Positions 25,692-29,660 of a stretch of DNA of 29,660 bases are shown here, piece by piece. A program made the position numbers and the translations under genes. The stretch comes from a virus (lineage: Duplodnaviria; Caudoviricetes): positions 1-29,660 of the IMG/VR virus record IMGVR_UViG_3300025005_000028; one strand, 5' to 3'. How positions within the stretch are numbered: the first letter of the stretch is position 1; every line of letters starts with the position of its first letter. The notes beneath the pieces are model-generated. The model saw only the letters and a program-made list of their open reading frames with translations, was not told the DNA's origin and did not search any database.

Positions 25692-25748
25692 AACAGCCAT
25701 TGGTTGCAATAGTAATCAATAAACACAATCTTTTTTTTAAGGAACCAC

Positions 25749-26117
25749 ATGGGCACACAGACACCAGAGTACACAGTGATCAGAGACTACGTGATCAAGG
25801 AAGCTGTGCATCAGCAGGCCAAGGAGGAGTACACGGCAGCACGTAAGGCGCTGCTCAATCTCGCACCAAAGGAGGTCGGTGAGCACACCGTAAAGGCAGG
25901 AGGATTTACTTTAACCATAAAGTATCCAGAAAAGTACGCATGGGATTCAGAAGAGCTTGACGCCCTTTACGGTAGCGACAAGCCTGCTCACGTCAAGCTG
26001 GCATACAGCATCGACATGAGCGTACTGAGGCGTCTCCCGTTGGTGGAGCAACAACAGCTTCAAGGCTGCTATGAAGTCAAGCCCGGCACTCCAGCCATTG
26101 ACATAGTTAAGGAGTAA
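25749..26117 (+). CDS. Hypothetical protein of the recombination module
   Basis: AAGGA RBS; N-terminal helix then beta strands; occupies the usual position upstream of Sak4. Confidence 0.75.
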   Translation: MGTQTPEYTVIRDYVIKEAVHQQAKEEYTAARKALLNLAPKEVGEHTVKAGGFTLTIKYPEKYAWDSEELDALYGSDKPAHVKLAYSIDMSVLRRLPLVEQQQLQGCYEVKPGTPAIDIVKE

Positions 26118-26121
26118 GAGC

Positions 26122-26889
26122 ATGGCATTCACCCCACTGAACACAAAGGACGAAACTACGTCCTTTGGCAAGACCCTCATCTATGCACCCGCAGGGTGGG
26201 GCAAGACGACTCAAGCGAAGCACATGCAGAAAGCCTACGGCAAGGGCTTCATTGTCAGCGGAGAGGCTGGCCTATCGTCAGTAAGAAGTGCAGGTATCGA
26301 CTACCTGCCATTCCAGAGTTTCGATGGCCCGGTTGATGCAGCCAAGCACGTTTACAGTTTTGTGTCGATCTGTCGGATGATCCTGTCAAAAGATTTCAAG
26401 GACGCTGGCTACAAGTGGATCATGCTTGACTCCCTTACGGAGCTGTCAGACATGGTGTACTCGTGGGCTGATGCCCAAGCTGCTGCCCAAGCTGCCGCCA
26501 CCGGCAAGAAGGAAAATGGGTTTGCTCTTTGGGGCCTCTACAAAGACAAGATGATTGGAAGCTGCAAGTTCATCCGCGACCTTCCCTATCACGTTGTAAT
26601 CACTGCGCTGGTCAAGTTCGCGGAGAACGACGATGGCGAAGCCGTCAAACTGCCAATGGTGCAAGGCAACGCAGTTCAGTCGCAAATCCCCGGCATCTTC
26701 GATAACGTGCTGTGTGGCATATCTGTCAGCAGCCGCGTGGACGACAAGATCGTATCGCATCGCTCTATCGTCACGGCCACATACCTCGGGTGGCAAGGCA
26801 AGGTTCGTGACGAATCAGGGACAGTAAAGCAGGTCGAAGAGACGGGGGATATAACCACAATCTTGGCCAAGCTCGGGGCCAAGAAGTGA
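26122..26889 (+). CDS. sak4: AAA_24 ATPase, Sak4-like single-strand annealing protein
   Basis: LIYAPAGWGKTT, EAGL.S, LDSLTEL, RDLP.HVVITA, IPGIFD.V; adjacent to an SSB gene. Confidence 0.8.
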   Translation: MAFTPLNTKDETTSFGKTLIYAPAGWGKTTQAKHMQKAYGKGFIVSGEAGLSSVRSAGIDYLPFQSFDGPVDAAKHVYSFVSICRMILSKDFKDAGYKWIMLDSLTELSDMVYSWADAQAAAQAAATGKKENGFALWGLYKDKMIGSCKFIRDLPYHVVITALVKFAENDDGEAVKLPMVQGNAVQSQIPGIFDNVLCGISVSSRVDDKIVSHRSIVTATYLGWQGKVRDESGTVKQVEETGDITTILAKLGAKK

Positions 26890-26937
26890 TTTTTTTACAC
26901 CCATAGTTGTGTTAGTTGTTAACTTTAAGGACTCATC

Positions 26938-27402
26938 ATGTCAGAATTTATTTTTTCAAACTTGTCTTTGGCCGGTATCACAGCATCAGCAGGGGCTGGG
27001 GTTCTCAAGCCTGGACGCTATGTCTGCAAGGTAGCGGATGTAAAGCTCGCAGACACGAAAGCAAAGACGGGGAAAATTTTGAAGGTGGTACTACGTTGTG
27101 ATGATGGAGTAATCACTGACAACATCAACGTCGCCAACCCAAACCCAGAAGCAGTAAAGTTTGGGCTTGAGGGGTTGAAGTCTCTCCTTGTAAACGGTGG
27201 CCATCCTGACCCGGACAACATTGGCCGGTGCGGGATGGCTTCTATCAAGGGGTTGACTGTCGGGGTGATCGTTAAGGCCAGCACATACAACGGCAACCCA
27301 ACCTCTGAGGTCGGAGGGTTTTTCAACCCCGAGGAGGGTGGAAACCAGCCATCCAAAGAGCTGCCCAAGATCACGGACATGACTGACGATATCCCGTTTT
27401 GA
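26938..27402 (+). CDS. Single-stranded DNA-binding protein (DUF669-like)
   Basis: LKPGRYVCKV and an acidic DDIPF C-terminus. Confidence 0.8.
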   Translation: MSEFIFSNLSLAGITASAGAGVLKPGRYVCKVADVKLADTKAKTGKILKVVLRCDDGVITDNINVANPNPEAVKFGLEGLKSLLVNGGHPDPDNIGRCGMASIKGLTVGVIVKASTYNGNPTSEVGGFFNPEEGGNQPSKELPKITDMTDDIPF

Positions 27403-27472
27403 CCAGACATCATGCCTCAGTCATTCCAATCATTTATCAGCGGGGGCGTGGCCCCCATTCAAAGGAAACCCC

Positions 27473-27700
27473 ATGATAAAAAAACAGAAACTACCCAACT
27501 CGCAGTTCATTCCACTAAGTCAGTTCCTGCTCTTGAGCAGTCTTTCGTACGTCACCTATCGTCGCCTCCGCATGGCAGGCCGAACTCCGCAGGAGTACAA
27601 GCTGTCGGGCAAGACGATCTTGATCAAGGAGACGGACGCGGCCAAGTGGCTATCCAAGCCACCGGCTCTAGTCAAACCGGCTCAGAGAAAGAAAGCGTAG
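27473..27700 (+). CDS. Small basic AlpA/excisionase-like HTH protein
   Basis: AAAGGA RBS; LSYVTYRRLRMAGRTPQEYKLSGKTILIKETDAAKWL. Confidence 0.7.
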   Translation: MIKKQKLPNSQFIPLSQFLLLSSLSYVTYRRLRMAGRTPQEYKLSGKTILIKETDAAKWLSKPPALVKPAQRKKA

Positions 27701-27705
27701 CAAAG

Positions 27706-28539
27706 ATGGTCGTTGCGTCGCTCGACGCTGGCAGCATCATCAGCTTCTCAAAGAGCGAAGGGAAAGCGCGCAAGTACATAGGCGCATCAGGTATCTCAAA
27801 CCCATGCGGCGCCTACCACCACCTTACTCTGCGCGGTTTCCCAAATGACCCACCCGACCCGCAGCTCACGCGAATCTTTGACCAAGGCCATCGGATAGAG
27901 GCCATGGTCGTGGAGGAACTCCGGGCTGCTGGCCATCTTGTAAAGGATGTTGACCCATGCACAGGTAAGCAGTGGGAGTTCTCCAGCCACGACGGGCACC
28001 ACATTGCCCATCTGGACGGACTCATCAAGCTATTCGGAGTTGGAGAGCAGATGATTCTGGAAATCAAGTCGATGAACCGAAAAGCATTCGATCGCATCTC
28101 CAAGGTCGGAGTGCAGCTATCAAAACCGGAGTATTACGACCAGTGCGTTGATGGCATGGGCCTCTTCAAGAAGCGCTATGGGACGGACATCAAGTGCCTT
28201 CTCGTTGTGTACTGTAAAGACAACTCTCAGTATTACTCCGAGGTCATTTACCCAAACGAGGAGCGCAGCATAGAGATTGCTGCCAAGGTCACTGCCATCA
28301 TTTTTGGAGCGAACAAGGAGCGCATCGGTTCTCACAACAAGGAGTACCAATGCGGTCAATGTTTCAAGCGCTCATCCTGTTGGCAGCCAGACGTGGCTGA
28401 GCGGCATTGCAGCCATTGCCGTCACTCATCGCCAGCGAAAGATCGTCAATGGTATTGCTCCATCAAAGAGACGGTAGTAGATGAGGTTTGCTCTGAGTTT
28501 ATGTTGTTCAAACCATCAGCCAGAAAGGTAACTCCATGA
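27706..28539 (+). CDS. Cas4-like PD-(D/E)XK exonuclease
   Basis: IGASGI..PC, GHRIE, HLDG, LEIKS, YYDQ, C-terminal CxxC-x5-C plus a second Cys cluster. Start uncertain; the frame is open from 27412. Confidence 0.85.
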   Translation: MVVASLDAGSIISFSKSEGKARKYIGASGISNPCGAYHHLTLRGFPNDPPDPQLTRIFDQGHRIEAMVVEELRAAGHLVKDVDPCTGKQWEFSSHDGHHIAHLDGLIKLFGVGEQMILEIKSMNRKAFDRISKVGVQLSKPEYYDQCVDGMGLFKKRYGTDIKCLLVVYCKDNSQYYSEVIYPNEERSIEIAAKVTAIIFGANKERIGSHNKEYQCGQCFKRSSCWQPDVAERHCSHCRHSSPAKDRQWYCSIKETVVDEVCSEFMLFKPSARKVTP

Positions 28540-28730
28540 CACAAAATGGTCTCAAGTCTCAACTTCAGGAATTGCTGCGCCGGGTTCCGCCCAAGGTACT
28601 TGAGGGCAGTTATCAATTCGCAGTCGCTTACAAAAAGTGGGCATCAAAAGCGTCAAGTCTGGTTGAATCCACTTACCCATCCGGGCAGAAGATGACTGAT
28701 GCGATCAAGGAGCACGGGAGGTTCCTGTGA
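28536..28730 (+). CDS. Hypothetical protein
   Basis: ATGA and GTGA overlaps, 64 aa. Confidence 0.65.
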   Translation: MTQNGLKSQLQELLRRVPPKVLEGSYQFAVAYKKWASKASSLVESTYPSGQKMTDAIKEHGRFL

Positions 28731-29026
28731 CAGCCAAGACGTTCGATCAGCGCAAGCGAGATTGGTGGGAATGGCATAAAGCAAACCCGGACATCTGGAG
28801 GCTATTTGAAAGGTTCTCCATGGAGGCAGTATCTCGTGGGTGTAAGCGAATCAGCCACTGGTTGATCATCAATCGAATCCGGTGGGAAGTATCCATCATC
28901 ACCACCGGGCCGGACTTCAAGATCAGCAACGACTTCATCGCTTTTTACGCCCGCCTCTGGAAAGCGAAGCATCCAAACCACGCAGATTTATTTCAGACAA
29001 AACACATGATTGGAGAAATTAAATGA
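28727..29026 (+). CDS. Phage hypothetical protein
   Basis: GGAGG RBS and GTG start; WHKANP..W..F..F, IINRIRWE, FKISNDFIAFYARL. Confidence 0.75.
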   Translation: MTAKTFDQRKRDWWEWHKANPDIWRLFERFSMEAVSRGCKRISHWLIINRIRWEVSIITTGPDFKISNDFIAFYARLWKAKHPNHADLFQTKHMIGEIK

Positions 29027-29265
29027 GCGCAAACAGCAGACAGGTCGGAGGAGACCATTACCACAACCTTGGCCAATACCAGCCATGGGATGTGCTTGCA
29101 GCGTGGCTGACGGAGGAGGAATACAGGGGGTGGCTCAAAGGCAATGCCATCGTGTACCTTGCCCGTGAGCGCCAGAAGGGAGGCTGCACGGACATAGAGA
29201 AGGCGGAGCACACGTTGCAAAAGCTGGTTGAAACAATACGTGAAATAGAAGGAGAGCCGACATGA
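29023..29265 (+). CDS. DUF3310 (SaV-like) protein
   Basis: QVGGDHY, QPWD, G.LKGNAIVYLAR..KGG..DIEKA.H.L.KL.E. Confidence 0.85.
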   Translation: MSANSRQVGGDHYHNLGQYQPWDVLAAWLTEEEYRGWLKGNAIVYLARERQKGGCTDIEKAEHTLQKLVETIREIEGEPT

Positions 29266-29423
29266 AAATGACTGACTTGAGAACGCTATATCCACATAAG
29301 CTGCATGAGAGTGACATGGCTTTCAGGGGGTATGTCCTGCGCCAAATTGCTTACACCTCTGGAGGGGCTGCGGCGGTATTTGTGGTCGTCGCACTTCTGG
29401 CTTTGATGATGGGTGTTATATGA
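29262..29423 (+). CDS. Small membrane protein (53 aa, not in track)
   Basis: AAGGAG RBS, ATGA overlaps, C-terminal hydrophobic helix. Confidence 0.6.
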   Translation: MKMTDLRTLYPHKLHESDMAFRGYVLRQIAYTSGGAAAVFVVVALLALMMGVI

Positions 29424-29554
29424 CGATATACGACTACATCATCGTCGCGGGAGCAGCACTTGTTGGCATTGTGGTCGTGGCTTGGGCGCTGGTTTTTTTG
29501 CTTGAGGATTGCGAGCATCTGCTTGGTCGTGGAAAGGGGCAAGGGCATGAGTAA
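29420..29554 (+). CDS. Small membrane protein (44 aa, not in track)
   Basis: MTIYDYIIVAGAALVGIVVVAWALVFLLED...; ATGA overlap. Confidence 0.55.
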   Translation: MTIYDYIIVAGAALVGIVVVAWALVFLLEDCEHLLGRGKGQGHE

Positions 29555-29660
29555 CGTGGACAAGATAAGAGCCTATCTGCGCGATCACCCAGGCTCAACT
29601 GGGCGGCAAATATGGATGGGAGTGGACGTGCCAATGCGACCCGTATACACAGCGCTTGCT
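29547..29660 (+). CDS. Possible winged-HTH protein, truncated by the window end
   Basis: MSNVDKIRAYLRDHPGSTGRQIWMGVDVPMRPVYTALA..., no stop codon inside the window. Confidence 0.55.
   Translation, partial: MSNVDKIRAYLRDHPGSTGRQIWMGVDVPMRPVYTALA

Larger units (their letters stand above)
1..29660. mobile_element. Tailed phage / prophage genome segment (no boundaries visible)
   Basis: TerL, portal, tail genes, tyrosine recombinase, Prim-Pol helicase and Sak4/SSB/nuclease genes, with dense ATGA/GTGA-coupled operons and no host housekeeping genes. Confidence 0.97.

Noticed and set aside
27706-28539. CRISPR-Cas system
   Set aside because: No cas1, cas2 or array; the context is a Sak4-SSB recombination module.

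Overview
The window is part of a tailed dsDNA (Caudoviricetes) phage or prophage; no host-like genes are visible. The left arm (1-11534, minus strand) is the late region. In transcription order it holds a winged-HTH gene, a LuxR-like HTH gene, a TerS candidate, a basic protein, TerL and portal, followed directly by tail spike/fibre genes and a truncated heme-oxygenase-like gene missing from the ORF track. The divergent control region (11535-12550) contains iteron-like repeats, a sigma70-like promoter leading into a ~400-nt stretch that folds into many helices (candidate ncRNA), a 33-nt tandem repeat and two perfect DnaA boxes. The right arm holds small early genes, a CobS-like MoxR AAA+ ATPase with a CobT-like vWA partner, a second LuxR-like regulator and a tyrosine recombinase. 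It continues with an oppositely oriented Prim-Pol/helicase plus GIY-YIG cassette and a Sak4/SSB/Cas4-like recombination module. The best leads are the candidate ncRNA, a hairpin with a conserved internal loop present in three copies, a TTGC-N8-GCAA operator-like motif found in six intergenic regions, and the heme-oxygenase-like gene in the tail operon. All family calls are by-eye motif recognition; no searches or folding programs were run.
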